Shown here: piece by piece, positions 37,178-50,800 of the stretch
Layout of the letters: every line of letters starts with the position of its first letter
Numbering within the stretch: the first letter of the stretch is position 1
Translations under genes and position numbers: made by a program
The notes under the pieces: generated by a model
Databases searched by the model: none
Seen by the model: the letters and a program-made list of their open reading frames with translations, nothing else
What the model was told of the DNA's origin: nothing
Assembly (NCBI GenBank): GCA_040954595.2
Contig: CM082589.2
Location: forward strand, 10,986,894-11,050,893
DNA length: 64,000 nt
DNA from: Balanoglossus misakiensis
Lineage: Eukaryota > Animalia > Hemichordata
Direction of reading: 5' to 3'

Positions 37178-39715
37178 TGTTTTAAATTTTTTCATCGGTT
37201 TTACTTTAAAGGATGCCCACAAACTGCAACAGTAAATATTACTACAATATGCCAAAAATAAAACTTTCTTCACATCTTGACTAAAATGTTGAAAATGTCT
37301 CAATAGCATGTTTGCTCTAACACAAAATGCTCTTCTCTGTCGTTCAATATCTTCATTATCACAACCCTCACAAGATATAACATGGCCCAGATAGGTGTGT
37401 ACAGGTACAAACTTTAAAGTGATGTCATTAAGTTTAACCGAAGGAATTCTTTGAACGCTCATATTCTTCCCATTAAAAAGCATGCACACAGTTTTACTAG
37501 AATTATAAATTATATCATAATCCTTGCCATAAATTTCACAAATTCTAAGAAGACGGTGTAGACCCTTAATACTTGGACTGAGTAGAGTCATGTCGTCAGC
37601 GTAACCTAAAGTGTTAGCGCTGACACCACACATGGTACAGCCAACTTTGGCTTTACAGAGTGCATTGATAAGATCATCAATGTAGACATTAAAAAGATAG
37701 GGAGAGAGTACTCCCCCTTGTCTTACACCGTTAGAAACAGAAAACAACTCTGAGGTTTCATTACCCCACAACACAGTAAACAATTGATTTCTGTACCATT
37801 AAAGGTCACATGTCATGCTTTGGAAAGTTTTCATTTTTCCACGTCAAAAGCTCACCTAGGGTACCTGTCTATGCATTGCCTATTGTGTCGGTTCCGAAAA
37901 ATGTGCACGAATGCCGGAATTTGCCACCTTTTTTCATGCCTGTGATCGGGGAGCCACTTCGCACTCGAGCCAGGCGAAGGTATTTGCATATGGACAAACA
38001 AGTACACTATGTCGTAGTGTACCATTCTGTTTACAGTAAAGTGTAATTATCGGTCCATGAGTAATTAAGTCCACAGACAAAGATAAGCTATATAAACAGT
38101 GTTCAAAGCAAAGGAAGCCCTTGCCTCACATTGCAGGCAGAGGATTTACAAAGGTGTGAAAGACTATTTGTCCACATCAAGATAAGTCTTCGGCTTAACT
38201 TCGAAAAGCCAAAAAAAATCGACTGAGTTGGGTTAGGGGTACACGCCCACCCGCCACTTTTACTTGCTTGTTATCTAAGCACAAGGGGCAAAACGCATTG
38301 CAAGATAGTAACATACGTTAACTTCAAGACCCAAATAGTGATTTTACGCGTGGTTGTATAGGGCATGGCATGGGACCTTTAATATAAAATTCGTACAGCA
38401 TACAAGGGAACATTCCTGTCGATGAGCTTGTTAACCAGTTTAAAGTGATTAACTCTGTCAAAAGCTATTGAAGCATCCAGAAAACAAGTAAACACTGGTC
38501 TTCCATTGCTGGTGTAGTAGCTAATGATTTCTTTAAATGCAAATAAACACAGGTCAGTTGAATGTTCTCGCTTGAAACCAAATTGTAAATAATGAGAGGT
38601 AAGAAACTCCTCACAACGAGAAAGTAAAATAGGCTCAAAAACTTTAGAGAAAACAGTTGCTAGTGCTATCGGCCGGTAGTTACTGGCATCACTACAAAGC
38701 TTAGTTTTATCCTTAATTGGAACTAAAATAACTTTGATAGCCTCAGTTTGCAGGTAACCATGAACAATCAAGTCAAAATGGGTAACATAGAGGAGTCTGA
38801 GAATTTGAGGTGCTCAGCTGAAATATTGTCAATGCCAGCTGTCTTATCGTCAGGTAACTTATGTATAGCAGAAATTACTTCTTCTTCAGAAACATACATA
38901 TCAGAAGAAAATTTAACATACTTCATTTTCTCCTCGATGTCATTTTTACCAGTCTGAGCCTGGACAGAATTCAAAATATCACTGAAATGCTTGTGCCACA
39001 TAATTGCAATTTCACTCTCACCAGTCGCTCCACCTACAGTGTCAGAAAGCGGCATTTTTCTGCTAGTTTGCTTTCTGACTTCCTTCCAGAAGTCGTTCTG
39101 TTTGTGGCAGCGTAAATTGTCAGCCATCTTGTCAGCCCTATTTTGATTCTCAATCTTTTTACAAGCACGTAAAGCATACTTAAAACGAGCTCTGGAAGAT
39201 TTCATGGTTTCAAAAAGCGGGCCTTGTTAAGGTTTACCCCCATTAACCCATAATAAAAACATGGAACGGGCATAGTCGTGACTTTCTTTTACAAAATCGT
39301 TCCAGCCAGGCACAACATGAACTTTCTGGTGAAACTTACGCCTAATGGTATCTTTTGCAGCACAATTCAATGCGTCCACAACACTACTATAACAAGTATC
39401 AATTGCCTGTAAATGCGAAGGGTATGTACAGTTCACATTAGTGCAGAATAACTCTTCGGATATATTAATCTTATCAACCTTGGCTTTGGTACAACGGGTG
39501 TAGGCGGATATATTCTGCTGTGACAATTTTTTCCAATCAACTCGAAAATTACATTGCTTGAAGGAACTACTGCTGAAGCATTCATCAGCAGAAGTGTTGA
39601 AATGAACCTCTATTGAAACAGGAATATGGTCGGAGTCAACAACATTGCAAAGACTCGAAATTGAAAGAACATTGCTATAAAAAATTTTAGTGGTAACACA
39701 GTGGTCAATCCAAAC
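37178..39715 (-). mobile_element. Decayed LINE ORF2 (end of APE domain plus RT), RTE-X-like
   Basis: WIDHCVTT and DSDHIP (endonuclease end), VPGWNDFVK, NYRPIALATVFSKVFE, QFGFK, FLDASIAFDRVNH, GVRQGGVLSPYLFNVYIDDL, YADD. Several stops and frameshifts; no tail seen. Clade call from motif memory only. Confidence 0.85.
37803..38378. mobile_element. Non-autonomous TIR element with TTAA duplication (Kolobok-like)
   Basis: TTAA|AGGTCACATGTCATGC ... GCATGGCATGGGACCT|TTAA; 14/16 TIR match; splits the RT reading frame. Confidence 0.85.
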
Positions 39716-41043
39716 TCAGCGTAATTCAATAAAACGCCCTAACACAGCCTGAACTCCGATAATGTGTTGTCCCAAAATTCATTCCGTGGAAAATAATCAC
39801 TGGTCTGTTTACGTATTTCAGCCGATTTTCCAAGGACTACTGCAACCCGCCAGAAGTGAGTAGCCTGCTAATGAGATCTCCACAACATTACGTAATGACG
39901 GTCAAAGTCCGATGCCCCAGTGTCCGTCCTCAGCCCACCAAAAAATGCGAAAAAATATTACAAAAATCTTCTTCTCAAAATCGACGTGGCCTAGGACCTT
40001 GAAATTTGGCACAGGGGATTTTGGCCACATGGTCTACAAAAATCGCGAAAAGAATGTACATGCCCCCATTAACGTGCAAATTAGGTCAATTTGAAAATTT
40101 CGCTCGATTATAGCCACAAAGTCACGTGACTAATTACAAATTCAAAGGGCAGGTGCACCAGTACTCATGGGCCCCAACCACCGTGCCAAATTTGGAGGCG
40201 CACCTGCCGGAATTTCAGAGAAAAACGGGCGCAAAAAAACGACTCAAGAAGAAAGAAGACAAACTCCAGCAATAACAGAAGGGGACCAAGCGCCTGAGGG
40301 CTCTTGGTCCCCTAAATATGGGACTAAACTTGACAGATACCCGGAATATTTTCCTATTTAGGATACCTGGTTGCATTTCCACCTAAAGGCGTCCTATTGG
40401 CGTGGAAATTTTATAACTTGAAATCGTTTGACTGGGTGATAGGTATTAATATCTTATGATGTTATAAAACACTTAGCTCGCCAAAGGTAAGGACCGATTA
40501 TAGCGTCAGTCGTGTCATAAAATCTATATGAACGTCATGGGTCAATAAACTTGATGGTCCAATAAAATGTAATGGTTCGTAAAACTATTGTGTCCAATGT
40601 CTGCAGAGTATACTGGCTGCAACATGTGTATGAGTCAGGATTAACGGCTGTAGCCATCAACCCAAAAGGTGAACGTCCTATTCTCACTAACTTAAATAGG
40701 TTTTGCGACCTAGTTGAGTTATAAAAACCTTATGATAAAGTCGACACAATTTCAAGATGACGATGTGCAAATGAGAGTTCATAAGCTAAAGTAAAGTTCA
40801 ATGAATTCTATACAAAGTTCAAAAAAGATTTTTTACTAAAGGAAGACATGAACAAACTGATATCGTCTCTTCATATTCGTACATGTCCAACTGTTGTGAT
40901 TTGACCCCCCCCCCCATGGTACATGAACCTATTACTTAGTACACACTTAAACAATTGGCATTTGAAGTGCCTTGCTTGACAGTGTTTAATGCGGTGGTCA
41001 GCCGCGTTTATCTCTCGCCACTTCATGCATCATGTCGCCTTAA

Positions 41044-41363
41044 AGGGACAAACTCTCTCTCTCGTCGCCCTTTTCTATTAATTATGTTTGATACAAGACA
41101 CCGTTTATATTAATGGGCATGTGTATATGTAGTGAATGAACGTTCAACCACACACAACTTCCATCCTGCTTGTATGATATGAGAGTAAAAACTCGCCCAA
41201 AATGAATTAATGGTAGAGACCGATTTTTCAGTTTTGCGAGTTTTCGCTCTCGTGTCTACATGCGGGATAGAAGGTGTGTGCGGTTGAACGTTGCATCACT
41301 ATATATCCACATTTACATTAATATAAACGGTGTTTTGTATCAAACATGGAAAAGGGCAGCGAG
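41044..41363. mobile_element. Foldback MITE, TTAA-flanked (Kolobok-like), right end partly deleted
   Basis: TTAA|AGGGACA start; long internal inverted arms (TGATACAAGACACCGTTTATATT / AATATAAACGGTGTTTTGTATCA). Confidence 0.7.
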
Positions 41364-41479
41364 TTAAGGATGTACGATCAGTAAAATTGAAAGCATTGTC
41401 ATTTCTTTTAATCGTGAATTTTCGTTTCTGATTTGTATGTATAATGAAAATCCATTTTGGGTCACTGCACTTGTTTTCG

Positions 41480-41710
41480 ACTTTAAACAAGGCCGTGAAT
41501 TTAGTCGACAATTGAAGAAAACTGCTAACGGTCAGCATTTTCTACCAATGGTTTGTCTATGGATACAATATTGAACAAACTTTATCTCAAAATAGAGCGT
41601 GATGAATTTATTTTGATTTGTCGGAGCTATGTGTAAAATTTCATGAAAATGACAATAGTAGAAGTGAGTTTTCTAACTATTCTCCATGTACTCCTATGGG
41701 AAGAGACACA
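41480..41710 (-). repeat. Dispersed repeat related to 2925-3150, inverted orientation
   Basis: CCAATGGTTTGTCTATGG and AGCTATGTGTAAAATTT are exact reverse complements of motifs at ~3103-3120 and ~2999-3016. Confidence 0.7.
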
Positions 41711-42002
41711 GGCGCACAGTTTACCAGTTGACGACCTCTAAAGAGGAAACGGGGGGGGGGGGGGATGATGAAAGGTTTAAGACTTACAGATCACAACTTA
41801 AAGAGCCATTCAGAAAGAGGCTTAGAGTGGAGTATCAAATCGGACGATACCACTGACTGGTGGAGGAAGACAAAATAAGCAAACTGAGTAGATGAGTGCT
41901 CAGATTTCTTCAGAGGACCAAACGTTTCAAAGAATTATACGTGACAATCCATGCCTGGTCCGTCAGTAGATATAAACAGAACATTGTGGCTGTATTCATT
42001 AA

Positions 42003-42293
42003 AGGGACAAAGTCTCTCTCTCGCTGCCCTTTTTCCATTAATTATGTTTGATACAAGACTGCGTTTATATTATTCTACATATGGATATAGTGAACCAACG
42101 TTCAACCATACACACCTTCCACCCCGCTTGTATAGACACGAGAGTTTTAAAAAGTAGCCAAAATGAATAAACGGTCTCTACCATTTATTCATTTCGGGCG
42201 AGTTTTTACTCTCGTATCATACAAGCCGGATGGAAGTTGTGTGTGGTTGAACGTTCATTCACTAACATAAACGGTGTCTTGTATCATGTCCCT
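42003..42293. mobile_element. Second foldback MITE of the same family, opposite orientation
   Basis: TTAA|AGGGACA ... TGTCCCT|TTAA; central CGGTCTCTACCAT is the reverse complement of ATGGTAGAGACCG in the 41044 copy. Confidence 0.8.
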
Positions 42294-43074
42294 TTAACAC
42301 TTTTGAAGCATTTTACTAATGCTAACATGACTAGACCAATTGAATGATGTTACATTGCAGGTTATCAACTCAGAGGGGCGTCTTGTTATAAAGCGGTACC
42401 TGACAAACAATCAGCTGGCAACGCTGAAAATACCTGTCAGTCGTAAGTATGAAAGTATACATCATTTGAGTAGAATTTTACGGGAGTTCCTAACAAGGCT
42501 TGGACATGTCACGCACAAATACAAAGGGCGCGTATAAAGACAGACAAAACCTCGCTCAGTGTGAGGTGTTCAGCGATTGCATCTGATAAGTCGAAAATGC
42601 TTGATCACGTGTCATGTTCAGTTGGGAAATTGGATATGTCTCAGGCCAAAAAAACTAATATGTGCTATTCCGATTACATGGTTTTCAAAAATATTGTAGG
42701 TAGAAAGGGACATTTTTTTATTTTTCAATTTTTTTTATATCTTTGGCCGTCGTAGTGTAGAAGAATGACATCATAGTTCTTGCGTGATTCTCGCAATTTT
42801 CATGAATTGTTTTATATTTGACATCGTTATTTTTACTTCCGGTTTGCGAAGATCTAAACTGTTTTGGGTCGGCGGGCTAAAATTAGGGTAGTTCGGGTAA
42901 TCGTTATGACATTGGGAGCTACGGCTGCAAAGCCATGTGTCTCGTGCGAAAAGGGCCCTTAACCTTTTGCAATATTTAACAGCAAACAACAGACAGTTTT
43001 GAGAATAAAAGGTTTCCGTCGTGTCTGACTTTCATATCGCATTAATAGCATATCCCTAATTTTAAAGAAATTAG

Positions 43075-43320
43075 GAGAGACAGAGTGAAACAGGCAGAGT
43101 GGCAGACAGACACAAGCAGACAGACAGAGCAACATTCATCAGTAGAGACACTCACCGGTCGCTCGCTCGCTCGCTCGCTCACTCTCTCTCTCAGAGAGAG
43201 GGGGCAGACAGTCAGACAGACCGACGTTGACAGACAGTCAGTAAGTCAGTCAGCCAGTTAATCAGTCAGTCAGACGTCAAAGACACAGTGACACAAACAC
43301 AGCGAGGGAGACAACAGGAC
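43075..43320. repeat. Compound degenerate microsatellite (CAGA)n/(GCTC)n/(CAGT)n
   Basis: Direct reading. Confidence 0.8.
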
Positions 43321-44803
43321 CTTTCATGCTTAAACCCCTGTTCTTCTGTTATAAACTTTGAAAACCGTTCGTTTTCAGACTGCAGATTGCTCGAATAACG
43401 CGACACACTGCCGAAACAATAAAACAAATACTAGTGGGAGCTCATAAAATAAAATCGCTCAACCATTCCGTCGTCCTGAGTGACCTCAGCCACATTAATT
43501 CCGACGTCTTTTTAGGGTCATGAAAAAAGTCACAAATAAGGTATTTCCCCTAGGTCCACCTGAAGCAAAAAGTTTTCGTTTCGACTCCATCATTCCGAAT
43601 AGTAAGAAAGCAACAAAATTGAAAAGACAGATGTAAAATGCAATCTCTCTCACGTGGTAACGTTTGTAACTATGGCAATCACGGTACGTGTTCAGTACAC
43701 AGACAGGGAGAAAAGTTTCTCCATGCAATACATGTGTTCAGTAAGGTTTGACCTTGGTTTTACTTTGTACCATGATCGCCGCTTTCTAAGCATGGATGAA
43801 CGACGGCGGTCAGACCCAATCGAACCCTTTCATGTCAGATGACCACGGTATCTCCAGTGTGAGATGACATTTGACAAACCATTTGATTTCAACAAAATCT
43901 TCGCGTCGTCAACGCGTCGCATACCAGTCGCATATCGGTATTTACCCAATCATAAAAGTTGGAAATTCGGGAGACTCGATCTGCAACCAAGTTGAGAGTA
44001 AATTTTGACGTTTGACTATTGGCAAGTAAACAGGTTACACAATGACTTGTCGGTTTTTCCTCCGTCATGGTCGTTCTTGACCCAAGTGTCCTTCCTTGAC
44101 ATTTAGACACACCTTGCGGTATGACCTTGGTGGTCATGTGCAATTAGTTTTCTTGTATAAGACGCTTTTCATGCCGGGGTAGACGACTTGTGCGTGGATA
44201 ATCAACATTTCAGTGATATTTCAACGCAAAGTTTTAGCAATATTGAGAAAACAGGTAGTGAGGTGTCAAATGCATATCAATGTACGAAAATTAGGTCAAG
44301 CCACCCGACAGCAACCGCTTTCACACAGTGTCGGACGTTGCACGGAATGTGAAACGTTACACTGCTTCGGCCGTTCACATGCACCTGGGCTTGGTTTTGA
44401 TTGATGGTCAAACGCCCCCACTTACTTTGGGCGTTTTCAATGGTAAATGTGTCGTATTGATCGAAACCTTGCCGTAAACACATTTTTTTTGCTGAATCAA
44501 CATTCAGAGTTCAGCCGTCTAGTTAACGAAGTATTGAAATAAGCCACTTGTTCATCATTTTTTGTCTGTCAAACGTGTTTATTCGGACAGGGACCGGCCG
44601 CCAATGAGTGGTTTAGGGAGCCCACACGTACACTCTGGTACCTGGACAATTAACAAAGACATGACGTGTGTACCGTCCGGTTCGAAAAGATTGGTTTAAG
44701 GTAGTCCTGGTAACAGTCATCCTAACGAGGCCAGGGGAGGTCTCCAAGGGCGAAATAAACAAAGCTACCGATGACGAGTCGAATTCGAATCGGACGATGC
44801 TTG

Positions 44804-47800
44804 TTTTCGACTTTGCAAAATCTCAAAATTTCGTCGATTTTTGAAAAAAAATCATGGGTGAAAATGCATCAAAAAATGAGAAATTTTCGACTTTGCAAAA
44901 TCTCAAAATTTCGTCAATTTTGAAAAAAATCATGGGTGAAAATCATCAAAAAATGACAAATTTTCGACTTTGCAAAATCTCAAAATTTCGTCGATTTTTG
45001 AAAAAAATCATGGGTGAAAATCATCAAAAAAATGACAAATTTTCGACTTTGCAAAATCTCAAAATTTTGTTGATTTTTGAAAAAAATCATAGGTGAAAAT
45101 CATCAAAAAATGACAAATTTTCGACTTTGCAAAATCTCAAAATTTCGTCGATTTTTGAAGAAAATCATGGGTGAAAATCATCAAAAAATGACAAATTTTC
45201 GACTTTGCAAAATCTCAAAATTTTTTCGATTTTTGAAAAAAGACATGGGTGAAAATCATCAAAAAATGACAAATTTTCGACTTTGCAAAATCTCAAAATT
45301 TCGTCGATTTTTGAAATAAATCATGGGGAAAATCATGAAAAAAATGACAAATTTTCCTCTTTGCAAAATCTCAAAATTTCGTCGATTTTTAAAAAAAGAC
45401 ATGGGTGAAAATCATCAAAAAATAACAAATTTTCGACTTTGCAAAATCTCAAAATTTCGTCCATTTTGAAAAAAATCATGGGTGAAAATCATCAAAAAAT
45501 GACAAATTTTCGACTTTGCAAAATCTCAAAATTTCGTCGATTTTTGAAAAAAATCATGGGTGAAAATCATCAAAAAAATGACAAATTTTCGACTTTGCAA
45601 AATCTCAAAATTTTGTTGATTTTTGAAAAAAATCATAGGTGAAAATCATCAAAAAATGACAAATTTTCGACTTTGCAAAATCTCAAAATTTCGTCGATTT
45701 TTGAAAAAAATCATGGGTGAAAATCATCAAAAAAATGACAAATTTTCGACTTTGCAAAATCTCAAAATTTTGTTGATTTTTGAAAAAAAATCATAGGTGA
45801 AAATCATCAAAAAATGACAAATTTTCGACTTTGCAAAATCTCAAAATTTCGTCGATTTTTGAAGAAAATCATGGGTGAAAATCATCAAAAAATGACAAAT
45901 TTTCGACTTTGCAAAATCTCAAAATTTTTTCGATTTTTGAAAAAAGACATGGGTGAAAATCATCAAAAAATGACAAATTTTCGACTTTGCAAAATCTCAA
46001 AATTTCGTCGATTTTTAAAAAAAATCATGGGGGAAAATCATGAAAAAAATGACAAATTTTCCTCTTTGCAAAATCTCAAAATTTCGTCGATTTTTAAAAA
46101 AAGACATGGGTGAAAATCATCAAAAAATAACAAATTTTCGACTTTGCAAAATCTCAAAATTTCGTCCATTTTTGAAAAAAAATCATGGGTAAAAATCATC
46201 AAAAAATGACAAATTTTGAAAAAAAAACGGGTGAAAATCATCAAAAAATGACACATTTTCGACTTTGCAAAATCTCAAAATTTCGTCGATTTTTGAAAAA
46301 AAATCATGGGTGAAAATCATCAAAAAATGACAAATTTTCATCTTTGCAAAATCTCAAATTTTCGTCGATTTTTGAAAAAAAATCATGGTTGAAAATCATC
46401 AAAAATGACAAATTTTCATCTTTGCAAAATCTCAAATTTTCGTCGATTTTTGAAAAAAAATCATGGTTGAAAATCATCAAAAAATGACAAAATTTTCGAC
46501 TTTGCAAAATCTCAAAATTTCGTCGATTTTTGAAAAAAATCATGGGGGAAAATCATGAAAAAATGACAAATTTTCCTCTTTGCAAAATCTCAAAATTTCG
46601 TCGATTTTTGAAAAAAAATCATGGGTGAAAATCATCAAAAAATGACAAATTTTCGTCTTTGCAAAATCTCAAAATTTCGTCCATTTTTGAAAAAAATCAT
46701 GGGTGAAAATCATCAAAAAATGACAAATTTTCGACTTTGCATAATCTCAACATTTCGTCAATTTTTGAAGAAAATCATGGGTGAAAATCATCAAAAAATG
46801 ACAAATTTTCGACTTTGCAAAATCTCAAAATTTTTTCGATTTTTGAAAAAAGACATGGGTGAAAATCATCAAAAAATGACAAATTTTCGACTTTGCAAAA
46901 TCTCAAAATTTTGTCGATTTTTGAAAAAAAATCATTGTTGAAAATCATCAAAAAATGACAAAATTTTCGACTTTGTAAAATCACAAAATTTCGTCGATTT
47001 TGAAAAAAATCATAGGTTCGTCGATTTTTTAAAAAAAAACATGGGTGAAAATCATCAAAAAATGACAAATTTTGAAAAAAAAACGGGTGAAAATCATCAA
47101 AAAATGACACATTTTCGTCGACTTTGCAAAATCTCAAAATTTCGTCGATTTTTGAAAAAAATCATGGGGGAAAATCATGAAAAAATGACAAATTTTCCTC
47201 TTCGCAAAATCTCAAAATTTCGTCGATTTTTAAAAAAAGACATGGGTGAAAATCATCAAAAAATGACAAATTTTCGTCTTTGCAAAATCTCATAATTTCG
47301 TCGATTTTTGAAAAAAATCATGTGTGAAAATCATCAAAAAATGACAAATTTTCGACTTTGCAAAATCTCAAAATTTCGTCAATTTTTGAAAAAATCATGG
47401 GTGAAAATCATCAAAAAATGACAAATTTTCGTCTTTGCAAAATCTCAACATTTCGTCCATTTTAAAAAAAAAACGGGGGAAAATCATCAAAAAATGACAA
47501 ATTTTCGACTTTGCAAAATCTCAAAATTTCGTCGATTTTTGAAAAAAATCATGGGTGAAAATTATCAAAAAATGACAAATTTTCGACTTTGCAAAATCTC
47601 AAAATTTCGTCAATTTTTGAAAAAATCATGGGTGAAAATCATCAAAAAATGACAAATTTTGAAAAAAAAACGGGTGAAAATCATCAAAAAATGACACATT
47701 TTCGTCGACTTTGCAAAATCTCAAAATTCCGTCGATTTTTGAAAAAAATCATGGGTGAAAATCATCAAAAAATGACAAATTTTCGACTTTGCAAAATCTC

Positions 47801-50800
47801 AAAATTTTTTCGATTTTTGAAAAAAGACATGGGTGAAAATCATCAAAAAATGACAAATTTTCGACTTTGCAAAATCTCAAAATTTCGTCGATTTTTGAAA
47901 AAAATCATGGGGGAAAATCATGAAAAAAATGACAAATTTTCCTCTTTGCAAAATCTCAAAATTTCGTCGATTTTTAAAAAAAGACATGGGTGAAAATCAT
48001 CAAAAAATAACAAATTTTCGACTTTGCAAAATCTCAAAATTTCGTCCATTTTGAAAAAAATCATGGGTGAAAATCATCAAAAAATGACAAATTTTCGACT
48101 TTGCAAAATCTCAAAATTTCGTCGATTTTTGAAAAAAATCATGGGTGAAAATCATCAAAAAAATGACGAATTTTCGACTTTGCAAAATCTCAAAATTTGT
48201 TTGATTTTTGAAAAAAATCATAGGTGAAAATCATCAAAAAATGACAAATTTTCGACTTTGCAAAATCTCAAAATTTCGTCGATTTTTGAAAAAAATCATG
48301 GGTGAAAATCATCAAAAAAATGACAAATTTTCGACTTTGCAAAATCTCAAAATTTTGTTGATTTTTGAAAAAAATCATAGGTGAAAATCATCAAAAAATG
48401 ACAAATTTTCGACTTTGCAAAATCTCAAAATTTCGTCGATTTTTGAAGAAAATCATGGGTGAAAATCATCAAAAAATGACAAATTTTCGACTTTGCAAAA
48501 TCTCAAAATTTTTTCGATTTTTGAAAAAAGACATGGGTGAAAATCATCAAAAAATGACAAATTTTCGACTTTGCAAAATCTCAAAATTTCGTCGATTTTT
48601 AAAAAAAATCATGGGGGAAAATCATGAAAAAAATGACAAATTTTCCTCTTTGCAAAATCTCAAAATTTCGTCGATTTTTAAAAAAAGACATGGGTGAAAA
48701 TCATCAAAAAATAACAAATTTTCGACTTTGCAAAATCTCAAAATTTCGTACATTTTTGAAAAAAAATCATGGGTAAAAATCATCAAAAAATGACAAATTT
48801 TGAAAAAAAAACGGGTGAAAATCATCAAAAAATGACACATTTTCGACTTTGCAAAATCTCAAAATTTCGTCGATTTTTGAAAAAAAATCATGGGTGAAAA
48901 TCATCAAAAAATGACAAATTTTCGTCTTTGCAAAATCTCAAAATTTCGTCCATTTCTGAAAAAAAATTATGGGTAAAATCATCAAAAATGACAAATTTTC
49001 ATCTTTGCAAAATCTCAAATTTTCGTCGATTTTTGAAAAAAAATCATGGTTGAAAATCATCAAAAAATGACAAAATTTTCGACTTTGCAAAATCTCAAAA
49101 TTTCGTCGATTTTTGAAAAAAATCATGGGGGAAAATCATGAAAAAATGACAAATTTTCCTCTTTGCAAAATCTCAAAATTTCGTCGATTTTTGAAAAAAA
49201 ATCATGGGTGAAAATCATCAAAAAATGACAAATTTTCGTCTTTGCAAAATCTCAAAATTTCGTCCATTTTTGAAAAAAATCATGGGTGAAAATCATCAAA
49301 AAATGACAAATTTTCGACTTTGCAAAATCTCAACATTTCGTCAATTTTTGAAGAAAATCATGGGTGAAAATCATCAAAAAATGACAAATTTTCGACTTTG
49401 CAAAATCTCAAAATTTTTTCGATTTTTGAAAAAAGACATGGGTGAAAATCATCAAAAAATGACAAATTTTCGACTTTGCAAAATCTCAAAATTTCGTCGA
49501 TTTTTAAAAAAAATCATGGGGGAAAATCATGAAAAAAATGACAAATTTTCCTCTTTGCAAAATCTCAAAATTTCGTCGATTTTTAAAAAAAGACATGGGT
49601 GAAAATCATCAAAAAATAACAAATTTTCGACTTTGCAAAATCTCAAAATTTCGTCCATTTTTGAAAAAAAATCATGGGTAAAAATCATCAAAAAATGACA
49701 AATTTTGAAAAAAAAACGGGTGAAAATCATCAAAAAATGACACATTTTCGACTTTGCAAAATCTCAAAATTTCGTCGATTTTTGAAAAAAAATCATGGGT
49801 GAAAATCATCAAAAAATGACAAATTTTCATCTTTGCAAAATCTCAAATTTTCGTCGATTTTTGAAAAAAAATCATGGTTGAAAATCATCAAAAATGACAA
49901 ATTTTCATCTTTGCAAAATCTCAAATTTTCGTCGATTTTTGAAAAAAAATCATGGTTGAAAATCATCAAAAAATGACAAAATTTTCGACTTTGCAAAATC
50001 TCAAAATTTCGTCGATTTTTGAAAAAAATCATGGGGGAAAATCATGAAAAAATGACAAATTTTCCTCTTTGCAAAATCTCAAAATTTCGTCGATTTTTGA
50101 AAAAAAATCATGGGTGAAAATCATCAAAAAATGACAAATTTTCGTCTTTGCAAAATCTCAAAATTTCGTCCATTTTTGAAAAAAATCATGGGTGAAAATC
50201 ATCAAAAAATGACAAATTTTCGACTTTGCATAATCTCAACATTTCGTCAATTTTTGAAGAAAATCATGGGTGAAAATCATCAAAAAATGACAAATTTTCG
50301 ACTTTGCAAAATCTCAAAATTTTTTCGATTTTTGAAAAAAGACATGGGTGAAAATCATCAAAAAATGACAAATTTTCGACTTTGCAAAATCTCAAAATTT
50401 TGTCGATTTTTGAAAAAAAATCATTGTTGAAAATCATCAAAAAATGACAAAATTTTCGACTTTGTAAAATCACAAAATTTCGTCGATTTTGAAAAAAATC
50501 ATAGGTTCGTCGATTTTTTAAAAAAAAACATGGGTGAAAATCATCAAAAAATGACAAATTTTGAAAAAAAAACGGGTGAAAATCATCAAAAAATGACACA
50601 TTTTCGTCGACTTTGCAAAATCTCAAAATTTCGTCGATTTTTGAAAAAAATCATGGGGGAAAATCATGAAAAAATGACAAATTTTCCTCTTCGCAAAATC
50701 TCAAAATTTCGTCGATTTTTAAAAAAAGACATGGGTGAAAATCATCAAAAAATGACAAATTTTCGTCTTTGCAAAATCTCATAATTTCGTCGATTTTTGA

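Larger units (their letters stand above)
34896..40314 (+). mobile_element. Older, diverged non-autonomous Helentron (unit 9), interrupted by two LINEs
   Basis: 5' TTAAAGCTCCAAGCAGCATTGAAGGGGCCCAAGC; degenerate AGGTCA-type core; GTCACGTGACTAATTA at ~40121; 3' hairpin AGGGGACCAAG..CTTGGTCCCCTA. Confidence 0.7.

Noticed and set aside
42635-42965. Possible MITE ends (AGGCCAAAAAAAC.., CGTGCGAAAAGGGCCCTTAA)
   Set aside because: No partner inverted repeat or TSD could be located by eye.
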